64,000 bases of DNA from NCBI GenBank assembly GCA_010405405.1, contig MU004239.1, positions 124,001 through 188,000 of the forward strand, read 5' to 3'. Every line of letters starts with the position of its first letter. Position 1 is the stretch's first letter. A program made the position numbers and the translations under genes. The notes below the pieces were generated by a model. The model saw nothing but the letters and a program-made list of their open reading frames with translations, ran no database searches and was not told the DNA's origin. The stretch comes from Microthyrium microscopicum (taxonomy: Eukaryota). Shown in pieces: positions 23,913-36,597 of this stretch.

Positions 23913-24555
23913 ACGCTGTTTCTCCTGAAGACTTTCAGATCTGTACATCAGAGATGGTGGCTCGATGCATGGTACGACCTAACGGCCGGCGTTTCTACTC
24001 GCTGAATATTCAGCCTTCGCTCATGGCTCGCGATATGCCCACGGCGATGACCATTGCTCTTCGAACTGGACTCAAGGTCTTCAATACAGACGAGTACTCC
24101 CTAACCAGGACGAGGCTTCGCTAAGCTTTAATGCGGCCCAACTTACCAGGTTGCCAGACTCAAAGCTTAGGATCGGAATACAAGCAAAGACCAATTTATT
24201 CACTGCTTACAAGACTTGACTTTTTCTTCCTCTTCAAACCTTCTTTACGCGTGGATTTTGACCTTGCGACAAAAGCCACGGCTCTTGTTAAAGCGTCCCC
24301 GCTCTCATGTTCCGTGGATGGATTCACCTTGCATATTTTTACCCAAACCAGAAGACCAGCCTCGGCAAGCTAGTTGAGGAGTTGCACTGCATTCAGTATT
24401 TTATAACCTGAACAACAGACCAACCATTGCACATCTATCTCTAGGAGGATTCTCCCATTTCGAAGGTTTTCATACAACAAGACCATCCATTCAGAATATC
24501 TGGACGAATATATTAACGATCTACAAAAATACCGATTTTGAAGGCAGACGTTGTC

Positions 24556-26124
24556 ATGGCCTCCTTATCACACTCAATTGCTTTGAACGTACTGGATGAA
24601 GTACTTGAAGACTTTGGCCTTTCGAGAAAAGCCAATGGAACCACAATCTTATTCACAGGAGACATCCCATCTCAAGAGTCTACGAAATCACAAATCATCA
24701 ACCTTTCTCTCATAGGTTCCATACCGGCTCTAGCAAATGCTGTCGCCGCAACTCAAATCTATGAAGCTCGAGGTGGTCAAGCACAAAACATTGACATAGA
24801 TCTTCGACGAGGTCACAACTACATTGATCCAGACATTGGCATGACACCAACGATAAACGGGCAGGAAATCACTTTAGATCTCACCACGGGCAACCCATTT
24901 CTCAACAACATCTTTGAGACAGCCGATGGTCGGTTTGTCATCCTGTCTGCAGTTTACGTCGACCTCGTTTACCAATGGACTGCCTTCCTCAATACATCCG
25001 TACAAATTGACTCCGTCCGCGCCGCCGTCAAACGCTGGCCTGCTGCTGCCCTCGAGGAAGCCTGTGCACTCGCTGGCCTCCCCATGGCCATCGTCAGCTC
25101 CGCAACAGAATGGGCAGCCCATCCACAAGGCGCCCATCTCTCCAAGCTACCAATCGCTCCCATCGACCGCATCTCCACTCCCGCGCCGCCCCTCCTCCTC
25201 TCTCCCAACCCCAAACGACCACTAGAAGGAGTCAAAGTCCTCTGTCTAACCCATGCCATCGCTGGACCCTCCGCCGGCCGCACTCTAGCAGAGCACGGCG
25301 CCTCCGTCTTACAGCTAATGTCCACCCATGGCCACGAACACGCCTTCGTCTACACCTATGCAAATCTCGGCACCGCCAGCACTCGCCTAAACCTGCACAA
25401 ACTAGCCGATCGCGAACGCGTCTGGACGCTAGTGCGCCAATCGCACGTCTGGCTCGACAGCTACCGCGCCGGCGCGCTCAGCAAATTTGGCTTCAGCGAT
25501 GATGCGCTGCGTGCTGCGAATCCAGGAATTATCGTAAGCCATGTGCGCTGCTATGGAACGACTGGGCCGTGGGCGAACAAGCCGGGATTTGACATGCAGG
25601 GCAGCGCCAGCTCGGGGCTTATGGATGCTTGTGGCGACAACGGCAAGCCCGCGTGGCCACCGGGTATGGTGATCAATGATTATACGACCGGCTACTTTGG
25701 CGCGCTGGGCGTGATGGCTGCGTTACTTCGACGCATGCGTGAGGGTGGTAGCTATGTAGTCAGCCAGAGCCTAACGGGCACAGCGATGGGGCTACTGCGT
25801 GTATTTGGGAGTGCACGCTGGCCGCAGCTACGAGAGCAGCAGGAGACAGCGTTGGCACCGCTGAAGATGCGTGTGGAGACGAAATTAGGTGTGATGCGTA
25901 CACTGGCGCCGCTGCCGGTGCTGAGTGGCACGCCGATTGTGTATAGTCCGATATTTCTGGAGCCGATGGGCAGTGCGAAGCCGATGTTTCCAGGGTACGA
26001 GGATGGGTATGATGTGGATGGGCAGGAGCCGTTGGAGAAGCATGCGGTGGGGATGATGATGGGAATCAGTATGCGGAATAAATTGAAGAAGTTGCAGGAT
26101 ATGGGCAAGGAGGCAAAGCTGTGA
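24556..26124 (+). CDS. CoA-transferase family III (CaiB/BaiF)
   Basis: RPLEGVKVLCLTHAIAGPSAGRTLAEHGA, SYRAGAL, YGTTGPW..KPGFD and NDYTTG motifs. Confidence 0.92.
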   Translation: MASLSHSIALNVLDEVLEDFGLSRKANGTTILFTGDIPSQESTKSQIINLSLIGSIPALANAVAATQIYEARGGQAQNIDIDLRRGHNYIDPDIGMTPTINGQEITLDLTTGNPFLNNIFETADGRFVILSAVYVDLVYQWTAFLNTSVQIDSVRAAVKRWPAAALEEACALAGLPMAIVSSATEWAAHPQGAHLSKLPIAPIDRISTPAPPLLLSPNPKRPLEGVKVLCLTHAIAGPSAGRTLAEHGASVLQLMSTHGHEHAFVYTYANLGTASTRLNLHKLADRERVWTLVRQSHVWLDSYRAGALSKFGFSDDALRAANPGIIVSHVRCYGTTGPWANKPGFDMQGSASSGLMDACGDNGKPAWPPGMVINDYTTGYFGALGVMAALLRRMREGGSYVVSQSLTGTAMGLLRVFGSARWPQLREQQETALAPLKMRVETKLGVMRTLAPLPVLSGTPIVYSPIFLEPMGSAKPMFPGYEDGYDVDGQEPLEKHAVGMMMGISMRNKLKKLQDMGKEAKL

Positions 26125-26457
26125 TCGCTGGCCATTGGCGTTTTTCACAGACATATTCTGGAAGGATCTGGCAAATTCTAGGATTTACAAAAGGGAAATT
26201 TCATTTATACTATTCTCATGTCGGTGGAATGAGGGCAAATTACTATGCTATAACCGGAACTTGACGTCTACTCAAAGACCGATATACATGGCGATATTCA
26301 ATTGCATGACCTTGACGACATTAGACTGATGTTGACTCAGGCGGCCCAATCCCCTGTATTAAGTAAGAGTTGTAAGGAGGATGAAGAGCTACGATAAAGT
26401 GTCTCTGGTAGGCAGTAAGGTCAATCGAGCAGAATTGACCAAACACTCAACCGTTTC

Positions 26458-27118
26458 CTATCCGCAGCATACTGTGGCATTAGATGTCGAAGCTGCCTGT
26501 GCTTTAACCTGAATAGGCTGAAATCCACTGAACACTAGACGATGATCAGTATCTTATGATGCAGCAAAAGGACAAAACTTACCGAAAAAGCCCAGAAATG
26601 CACCCGAAAAGATACAAATGATGATATATCCATTGTAATACATCGCCATCAACATGACAAGATACGCCACCGCGAACTGCGAGCAATGCAAGCCCGAACG
26701 AACCAGCGCCTGCCACACCGTCGGTCGAATCACAACTAGCTCAGGAGAAGCAATGTCTTCAGATTGGAGCATCTTGTTACCGCTGGTGCCGCTGTCGCTG
26801 GACGGTACACGAGTCTTGTTGTCAACAGTCACTGCAATCGCTTTTTGCGCACGAGTAGCAAGCACTCGCTCCCACTCCACGGCTGCTCGGCGCAGGCCTT
26901 CGAGGGTCATGACTAGCAATACTACGCCGATACAAGTGCCAGCGAACGCGCCTTGAGAGGTGATTTGCCAGGAGCGGGCGAGGAAGCATGCGTCGATGGT
27001 ATGCCAGTTCCATAGCATCTATTGTGGTCGATCAGAAAGGAGTTGACATGGGTATAGGGGATTTACGTACGTTGATTTTGCATTTTGGCTTGATTGCCAT
27101 ATTCTCTGTGGCGGACAT
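26458..27118 (-). CDS. High-affinity copper transporter (Ctr family, Ctr3-like)
   Basis: CKIN|MLWNWHTIDACFLA, MLMAMYYNGY (MxxxM) and C-terminal CCG. Introns 27019-27070 and 26535-26582. Start codon uncertain. Confidence 0.92.
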
Positions 27119-27935
27119 ACTCCTGCGTTCGAGCATAGGTCGAGCCTTTGAGCTTCCACAGCAGTTTTGGGGGGTGGAGAATGGCTGGAGAGGCAGTACT
27201 ATTGTCTCTGGTGCTCTCAGTGTTGGACTGGCGATGGAGGATAGTAGATTATCGGTATTTGGAAGTTGACTGGTTGGTGCTGGGAAACGCGTCGGCATCG
27301 ACGAGAGCGTCGTTTTGGGACTGGCTCGCATCATTTTGTAAAATGGAGTGAATATTGGGTTAAGTGTGGATGTGACTACCCCCCAGATAGGAAGAAAAGA
27401 ACTTTAAAGCTGAAGAGATTTTGACTTCGATGACAGTGATCCTTTGTCGAGGTTTGAATCTGACGGAGCTCGGAGTGAAAATTCCAAGTTTTCAACTGTA
27501 GCGAAGCCCACAGCAAATTTTTATATCCTTTTCTTGTTAGTTTGGTAGCATAGCATCATAATGAGCTAAATATGAAATGTCGGAGGGATGAGCAGTTTCT
27601 TGGTCGTATTTCGGTTCCATGCTTTGACAATAAAGCGTGTGAGGTCAGAATAGAGTTCATTAGTGGAACAAGCGCGAATATAATGCTAACTAAATCTCTT
27701 AGGCTACCATTCTTTCGGTAAAGACTTCAAGGGAAGAAGCAACAGTATATCACTGAAGCCATTCTGACAGTTGGGAATACCGAATGGCCTCTCCACGACT
27801 TATCACCCTTTATAGTAACAGGAGGATCGTGAGCTTCAGCGGTAGGTAGAGATTTATTATATTACCATTCGACCCATTCGCTTTCCTAAATACCAGGCCT
27901 TGGGATTGAACCGAAGCGGCTGAACAGATAAACGC

Positions 27936-30900
27936 TCAAATTACAGCTGGAGTGATACGCAACAACCTCATCCCATTCTCAAGCACCACACGAGTCGCCT
28001 CATACAGGGCAGCTTGTGCTGGAGTGATTCCAGTGACCTTCTGCTCTTCCGATACCCTAACTTTGTTATCATCTTTGCTTGCTTGCAAATTCGTTTCATC
28101 CAGTGTCTGATCTTGCCGAGCAAGTTCGTCATTCTGTGTCTTTTCACCGAGCAGTGTATCTCCAACCTCTCCACCAGCAGGGTCCTGCTTCTCGGAAATG
28201 ACTTCACTGGATTCTTCTGGTGCATGTGCTATTGTTTCCTCCGCAGCTGACTCCACTTCTTTTCTTTGTGGGGCTTCTGGTACATTAACGTGATGTTCAT
28301 GAGATGTGGCTGAAAATTCCTGCTGAGCCACTATAGAGTTGGATTGTGCGAAATCATGGAGTGAATCATGGCGTATATGTTTCTGGGCCTTTTCATCTTC
28401 AATCTCTGCATGTATGATGGGCACGTCCGGCGCCATTTGAGTCGTTTCGGCTGGATGGCCTTCCTCTGTTTTTGTTTCTACTGCTCCACCATTTGTGAGC
28501 TCGCTTTGGGGTCTTGGTTCTGCTTGCTCTTTGATTTGGCCAACAGTCTCGACTGCCGCGGCTTGTTCTTCGTTTGGTGAGACTTGTACTTCTGGTTGCC
28601 CTGTTGCGTGAGCGTCCTCGCATGGCACTTGTGCTATTGGTGTCGCTTCAGTGGGTGCTACTTCAGTGGGTGCTACTTCAGTGGGTGCTACTTCAGTGGG
28701 TGCTGCTTCAGTGGGTGCTGCTTCAGTGGGTGCTGCTTCAGTGGGTGCTGCTTCTGTGGGTGCTACTTCAGTGGGTGCTGCTTCAGTGGGTGCTGCTTCA
28801 GTGGGTGCTGCTTCAGTTGGTGCTGCTTCTGTTTGTGCTTCTTCAGTGGGTGCTGCTTCAGTGGGTGCTGCTTCAGTGGGTGCTGCTTCAGTGGGTGCTG
28901 CTTCAGTGGGTGCTGCTTCAGTGGGTGCTGCTTCAGTGGTTGCTGCTTCAGTGGTTGCTGCTTCAGTGGTTGCTGCTTCAGTGGGTGCTATTACAGTCGT
29001 CACATCTGCCGGGGGTGTCGCTTCGGTTGGCACATCTTCCGTGGATGTCGCTTCGATAGATCTTGCTTCCATGGGCGTTGCTTCAGTTGGCGCTGCTTCC
29101 ACAGGGCCCGCAATTCCTTGGAGCAAAGGCTCGTTTTGTGCGCCCTCTCCAGAAACGGAATCATGAGCATCTTCGTCTTCAGGTTTTGGGTCCAAGCAGG
29201 ACGAGAGCTGGTCGACAAGTGAGAAAAGATACTCCAATATCCCAGCAGGCTCTAAAGACGTGTATGCAGCATGAGTTATGTTTGGGTACTGGGTTAGCAT
29301 TCTTGCTAAATCTGTAAACTCGTCTTCATCGATTGAATCGATGTCTTCTGCCGAGAGATCGGTACTATCTGGAGCTTCTTTGAGAAGAGATTGAAGTCGA
29401 GTGTACCAGTATTGAAGCTCTGGCCCTGTTCGGGGCTCAAATGAGGTCATCTTAGCAATATCAAAGCTATGATCTGTACCTCTCCTGGCAGACAGTTCTT
29501 GTGAAAGTAAAGCATTGGTAGCCATAATGGTCGGTAAGTCTGGTGTTTGACCCAGTAGGAGCGACTTATCGGGGTTTGTCTCCAACGACTCTTTCATGGC
29601 GGTTTGACATTGGTCTAAGATCTCGTCTAAGCCATCACCTTCACCAAACTTCTCGGACATGCTTGAGACATCGCTGAATGCTACATGAAGAAGTTTGTTA
29701 GCTAGGTCAGACATGCCCATCAGCTCCAGAACCTGTTTGATGCGTTGGAAATGTGTTGAGTGGTCTTTCGCGACAACGAAAATCATCTGATCAAAATTGA
29801 ATTTCCTTGACCGTTCTAGGATTGCAGCAAGATCTCGGAGCTGGTAGGTTGTACTTCCAGTTCTATCCCGGATAACCACTGCGCCTGAACGATTGGAGTG
29901 CTTCTTCAAATCCACGATCCAGGATCCTGACGAGTCCTGTTCGCTCAAGCCCTTAGCTTTCAAAATACTTTCCACTTCGTTCATAGTTTCGGCAGTGACT
30001 AGAGATTCTCCAGAGTATTCGTCAAAAGTGACATTGAGTCGAGAATAGAGCTTGGTGTAATGCTCTATGTTTACATCTCGTACCCGTTTCCAGAAGCTGA
30101 TTTCCTTCTCGCTACCATTGAGCATCTTGGTAAAAAAGTCGTTTCGTTCTGCGAAAAGACCTTGCGCTTCGAATTCAGCAGTGTCACCTCCTTCATCTCG
30201 GATCTTCTTATACTCTGCCTGAACTGGTTTAAACAGTTCGTTGACTTTGTAGTTCACTTCGCGCAAGTGGCCTACTGGGTTGGTTGCGAAAGCTTCCTCG
30301 GATCCAAATTTGTCCCATCCAATGCCCAGAAGCCCGATAGGTTTACCCCAGTCTCCAAGATAATTGATCTTGATAGCTTCCCAGCCCATGGTTTCATACA
30401 TAGTAGCGATATGAGCTCCAAGGATTGTGCTACGGAGATGTTTGGCTTGAAAATCACTGGCAATATTTGGAGAAGAGAATTCCACTACAACCTTTTTGCG
30501 CCCTGAGTTTGGACTGGAGGGATCTCGGCTCCCCAAAGACAAATCTTGTCCGTATAGTACCTTACGGTCGTTGATGTACGGAAGGATGATCTGTGACAAT
30601 ATGCTGGTCTCGAACATTATCCTTAGATGAACTCCATCTGGAATTGGGAAATCGAACAATCCGCAATCTCGAAACTGTAAGAAATTAGTTGTCGGCTGGA
30701 GAGTCGAAAACGGATCAAATCAGAAGATACCTTCTCAGCTATTTCGAAGGCAAGCACATTTGCCTTGTCTTTTGGACCAAGTCGTGGGAGTATGATAGCC
30801 AGATCCCCATTATAGATATTCTGAGGACATTGGATGGACTTGAAGGCCACACTTCGTTCGCATCCAACAGCCTTCTGAACGATATCCGCAACATAAGAAC

Positions 30901-31015
30901 GATATATGTCCATTGGATTGTTCAAAGGGTTGGCATCAGTACATGTTGGTATTGGTGTGACCAAATCCAGCCCAGCCAGCAGCTGTTCGAGGCCTGAAAT
31001 CGTTAGTGTCGCCAT
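27936..31015 (-). CDS. Arginyl-tRNA synthetase-like protein (divergent, with large insertion)
   Basis: GDLAIILPRL, VVEFSSPNIA, HLRSTILG, INYLGDWG, FDEYSGES, TGPELQYWYTRLQS and VLENGMRLL. Intron 30675-30730. Confidence 0.93.
28643..28990 (-). repeat. 15-bp coding minisatellite, ~23 units encoding E(A/V)APT
   Basis: GCTTCAGTGGGTGCT tandem units on the + strand. Confidence 0.97.
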
Positions 31016-32061
31016 GTCTGAAGGCTATGAAACGCCGTTATCGATGCTCAAGGCTGAATTGAAGGGTTAAATGGGTTCGAACGAATATAAGTGGTTGAAG
31101 GCTTCAAAGCACTTCACTTATAACAAGGCGTAGTTCTATTAATACCACATCTATGCAATTGTAAGTTTCGTTATTGGCAAGGCCTGGCTTTCATCGCCTT
31201 TTAAGCTGATCGCGGCCTCTTGATGCCTGATGATTGCGCTGTCTTTATTTGAGTCGTGGTTGGTGACCATTGGTTATCTCATCTGCAAGGCGAAAGTGGT
31301 TTCTACAGTCCACCAATGAACGCATTAGCATTGTATTCAGCCTACCTCGCATCTCGGGCAAAAGAATGTTTTGGTATTGCCAGCTCCTCTCAAATTCACT
31401 TCTTGCAGTTAGTGCGTAAAATGATCCTGAGGCTATTGACTCATGAAGTGATTTGGCCTGCAACCGAGTGGTGGACAACATATATACAGCGCTTCAAGAT
31501 TCAAACTATCAGAACAAAATCGCGAAGATGTATTATTCAGCACAGTCTACGGATTAAGATACTTGCATACATATACTGGAAGTTGGGACACGAAGTATCG
31601 GAGAGTAGCAGATCGTAGAGCAGAAATCGCATTTGATAAGCAAAGTGCTGTTCGTTTCTGCTATTCTCTGACAGCTTCAAACCATAACGAATAATCACGG
31701 GGCTCGAATGGAGGTGGCGCTAGTCAAGGAGATGTATAGCCATAACTCATAGCATGGCTGTTGTCGTGATGGTAAAAGGGACTGAGCTATCTCTCTGGAA
31801 GCAACGTATATGTCTCATCATTGTATCCATACATCGTGCTTTTGATGAACTTTATATAAGCCAAATTCTTGTATATCTCCTTGTAACATGACGTCTCTGG
31901 TTGACAAAGACCAAGGCGGTCGGGTATCATAATAGAAAGTAATCGAATCCTCATCAGCGCCGTGTAGTGGCCTCTTTCGCCTCTAGAGTCTATAGTTGGC
32001 TCTTCAGGGTGAATATGGCCTTATACATGAGAAAAGTAACTGCCAATCCTGCTAGAACTGA

Positions 32062-34447
32062 TCATCCCAGCCAATTCAATTTCAACGACATTATGAAAGG
32101 CATAAAGTAGACTATCCCTGTCATGAAAATCATGGGAACAACAATCTGACATGTTAGCGGGTTAACGTGAGACTGATACATGACATACCAGAATTCTGTT
32201 CTCAACTTTGATGGCATTGAATTGTACAGTCCCTAGGGCATTCTTGAGCTACCAAAATTAGTGTTTTGCGTGTTATATGGCTGGATATGCTTACCACTTT
32301 ACTTTGTCTATGGCAGTGATCTTCAAGCGATATCAATCGAGATCGCTGTGCGGCCATTTCATTGAATAGCTCTTCGATCTTGAGCAGCCACACTCCTTGT
32401 GTACGCCGGGGGCCGGACGCCATGTCAGCGAAGTAGAAAATATCTCCTGTTTTGAATCGCTGCCACTCTTCGATGGTCTCAGTAAGAACGCCTCTAAGGC
32501 GCCCTAGTAACAAGCTCGTTTGGAACATCCGGTCCACAGCCTCTTTCAAGTCTCTTTTCTCCTTAAAGCATTCTTCGATTGAACGGGAGAATATCTGTCC
32601 AGCATCGTGTTCCTTAACGTTCTTCTCGATCCACCACACCAGGGCCTTCCAAGCTATCAACGTCTGCGAAACGCGACTCTCAAAAACACGAAGGAAGTAT
32701 AATCGAGCATCCCAAATTGGAACACCGGCGTCGAGATTACCGTGGGTCATGAAAGGGTCTGCTTCAAAGTCGCCGGTATCAGGATCCAACATGTCATTAA
32801 CATCTTCGTCGTTATCGGATTCTGCATCAAAGTCATCGACAAAGCATAATGCCGTCCACTGAGTGTTACTAGGTCCGCATAGAGCAAAAGATATGTGTGA
32901 GACACTAATGCCTTTAGTTTTGGAGGTTCCTTCGTGTGAATTGTTTTTGATCAAAAATGAGAGGTCACTGTAAAATTGTCAGTATAGGATCACTATAGCA
33001 TCTGCAGTGCTAGCCGGCCCTTGCTAATTTACTACATCCCCAGTTCTCTAGGCTTTGACAGGCCAATCTTATAGGGTCACAAGAAGATAATCAAAGCCTT
33101 TCGAAAATGGTCTAGCATCACAACTTACATCCATTTTCTGGGAGGGCCTTCTTGTTTGTGAGGTTCCACAGTCTCTAGCATATAGATTGGTATATGCACT
33201 TCCATACGGAAGACAGGCTCAAAATTGTCAGCCTAGCTTTCGAGTTAGTTCTGCCTCATTTGGAATATAAAACCAGGGCCTACCGGTATCTTGACTTGAA
33301 TCGATATCTGAGCATTGATATGTTTGACAATAATATCTTTGATGGTTTTCTTTTGGTGCGAAGTTGCTGTTGTCGTGAGCGCTTTTATATGCCCTGGGCT
33401 CAGATTTGTTATATGTCTGAAAGAATATGGTTTTAGATGGTGCTGGGAGGATGCACGTTGGATTAGCACTCACATAAGTCGTCTGTCGGCATCTTGAAAT
33501 TCAGAATCGGCAAATCTCTGCGATAGAATAGTCAGCTTCAAATTGTAAAGGTAGTAAGACCTACTCAGTCAGTTCTCGGCAGGGCTTATCAGCTCTCTTT
33601 CTGGCAAGAAAGACAGGGCATTGATGGTGGTTCCTAATAAGAGTAGCTGAGAGGCCTTGATAGAATTACAGCTCATACCTTGACACTTAAGTCTGCTTGA
33701 AGGGCCTGGTGTGTCATAGAATTCGCGTGACGTCGAACAGCCTTTGTGGGATCTGGATGAAAACATCTATCATCGAGCCAGGCGTGACATCTTTCTGCTG
33801 TATTTGGAGGATAGCTTTTGACATAAGCCATGACTTCGTTTTCAGGACCAAGTTGCCCTAGCTCATCTTCATCCTCAAGGAATATTCTCAAATCGTCAGC
33901 GGGAGAATCGAGAAAGCTTATCGTTTGAGCCCATGGTTCATGCTCATCCTGAAAAGGGCCAGCTTTGTGCGTATAGAAAGATAGGGGCCACTTTCGAGGG
34001 AAGACTCTTGAAAGTGAATTTGAACTACCTGTATTATTCATTAGTTAGCGGAGGGGAGTAGAAGTAAATTGAAATGCTTACAACGGCGCAAATGTTTCTC
34101 TGCTGTGCTTCTCATTGAGAATTGTCTCTCAAGATATAGGTCTCGTTCACCAAATGATGATGTTCGGGAAAAAGCCGAGTCATTGTAATCGGTTATAGGA
34201 CTTGCCTGTAATGAATATAAGTAAATGAGTCGGAAAGATAGATGAGAATCCGTACTGGTTCTACTTCACTACCAGATTCATGGTCGACCAATAACGGAGG
34301 TGTCAAGGCTACTGAACGCCAGTGGGCAGGATGCAACTCGGCCAGGAATCCCAACGGCTGGTTCATGGCCTCGTCAGCGACCCAAATATCACTACTCTCC
34401 ATATATCCCGAGTTTGGACTATACTCAAGAGACTGAGGGATCGACAT
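32062..34447 (-). CDS. Multi-exon uncharacterised protein with CorA-like C-terminal membrane segment (possibly truncated)
   Basis: Exon fragments include HAWLDDR, HITNLSPGHIKAL, MEVHIPIYML, ISFALCG..WTALCFVD and PIWDARLYFLRVF, plus a hydrophobic last exon. Many canonical introns. The 5' end and family are uncertain. Confidence 0.55.
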
Positions 34448-34820
34448 GTCAATAGAAGAAATGCATCCAGAACTATAAGCGATCAAGTATTGACAGATGA
34501 CTACCTAAATTAGAAGAGTTGTAGAGCCGAAGCATTAATGACCAACCTGACACGGCTTTAATACTCACGATGCAGGCATCGCAGTTGTTCAGTCGGTCAG
34601 ATATCGCGTCTGGCCTTCGACTTACGTATCGCCCTGGGCCGACTCGTGCCACGATACATATCCAGAAGCTGGTGAACAAAATCCGCCTTGAACAGCAGCA
34701 TCGTTCTAATTTTGAGGTTCCACAGCTCTGGATTACTGCTGACATTGCAGTGCCGGTTTTCAAAGTGACTTGAGTACTGTAGCTGCCTCCATTTGACAGG
34801 TTGCCTCGTTGCTTGTCCAG

Positions 34821-35458
34821 TCATTTCATGGAGATTTTCGTTATCCTACACGATGCGCACCTGGAAACACCGCAGCTTGGGCACGGTAAACCCGAATTGA
34901 CATTCAAACCGGACCGACCACATGCGCACTTTGGGCAGCAGTTAGGCATATTGGAGACAAGGTTCGCCTGCACCGGGTAGGCAAAAGAAATGGTTCGCGC
35001 CCAACAGCGTTGATGACTACCACCGCCCCTCTCGAGGAGGATATCATGTAACTCTCATCGTCTTCGATAGACCATAAAGAATTGGACATTCTTTACGGCC
35101 CTTTTAACTCTTGATAAGAAATCGTGATTGATGGTAGACCTCGTAACCGATAGGCGCAGACCATTTCTTTGCCAACACATTGGCTTGCAAGGGGCCACGT
35201 ACACATTGCCATAAGTAGGCATACTTTTTTCTACCCTGAATTCAGTCAGTATGTTGTATCCGAGGATTTCCGACAGCAGGGCGAACGTACATATTGAAGG
35301 AAAGGAGGAAGTTCATCAGCCTGGCAGGGCGAAACTTCATACACACTTTGATCAGGCTGGCATATGTCGATGAAGTCATAACCCGGTAATTCGGAGCCTG
35401 GATGTCTTGGATGTTCAATTGAGAACTCTTCTGTAAGATCTGATTGAGGCGCAGCCAT
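34821..35458 (-). CDS. Small Cys-rich zinc-finger-like protein (3 exons, ~102 aa)
   Basis: Exons 35291-35458, 35203-35235 and 34821-34928 join through phase-0 introns with GTACGT donors and CTGAC/CTAAC branch points, giving YLWQCCACG...CPSCGVSRCASC. Confidence 0.7.
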
Positions 35459-36597
35459 GTCAGCTGGTAGAGCGGCCAAATAAGCAATAACCTTTGCTTA
35501 ACGAGTTACCTGGAAACAGAATATTGATCAATCTCAATCCACAAAGTGCTCGAGAACTTTTTTTTTTGGCAAATTGGACCAGCTATTTGTGGGCCCAATT
35601 ACCCAATGAGCTAGCTTTCATTATGCTTGCTATAATTCGTTGCAAGCAAGGACGAAGCCGTTTGTACAGATACACCGCTCACGAGCTCCATTGTGATTTG
35701 TGACGGGAAAATAATCTCGTTCTCTGGTATTAAGGGGTTTTTTGCTCGACGAAGTTGAACTGTATAGATGATTGGCTGCATTATTTGCACTACAGTGCTC
35801 ACAACACAGTCCTCGATACCAGCCTCCGACTTTACTTGCCATGATGCATGGCGATCGAACTGTGAGGAAACTACTTTGCTATGAGGTTGGTTTGGGGGTC
35901 TGGATTGTTGACGACGGAAAAAATCACTATCAGTCCGGAGCCGCTTTAGAAGAGTTGACCCTGGTCCTCAAATAGCAATCAAGCGATCAGTATGACCACT
36001 CAATCAACTTTTCAGCCTTACCCGTCGCTAGCTCCAACAAACACTGAACAGGTCAGGAAATTCGCCTTGCCTCTCGGAGCATTGCTCTCCGGGCGACTGA
36101 AGGACAAGAACCATCATGATTCTGCTGGTAGGCAAAGTAGTGTTTGGGTTACACAAAAACGTTCAACGAGAACATTGAGGCTGCGAGATAACCCGACAGA
36201 ACTTTCGATCGGTAAGCTGCATGTACGCACGGATGAGGCGAGACGTGTCGACAAGGAATTGGTGCCGCCTTAAGGCGCCTGTGGCACATGAAAGGTGCAT
36301 CAACCTTGGAACTTATGCATATGCCATGTCGATTGCTTGGGCGGCAACATCCAGAAGTATCGTAAGCGGTATTACACAATCGCACAATGCGGACCGGCTG
36401 TAGAATGGGCATGAATTGTCAGGTGTTCTTCATATCTGATCGAAAACCATTCGTCTTACGCATTATAGCACCGTTGGAGGAGGCCAGGTAAATAAAACAT
36501 AAGTAAGCGGAACTGAAGACAGAGAATATACCTAGGCATTAGAATTAAAAACTAATTAATATCAGCAAGAAGTCCATTTCTCGGAACTTCTTCAGAA

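Noticed and set aside
27895..27935. GGTTCAATCCC T-loop-like word just downstream of the ArgRS-like gene
   Set aside because: The T-stem does not pair and no cloverleaf can be built.
28574..29222. Plus-strand ORFs with CCFSG, WVLLQ and VGAAS repeats
   Set aside because: Antisense readings of the stop-free 15-bp minisatellite inside the ArgRS-like gene.
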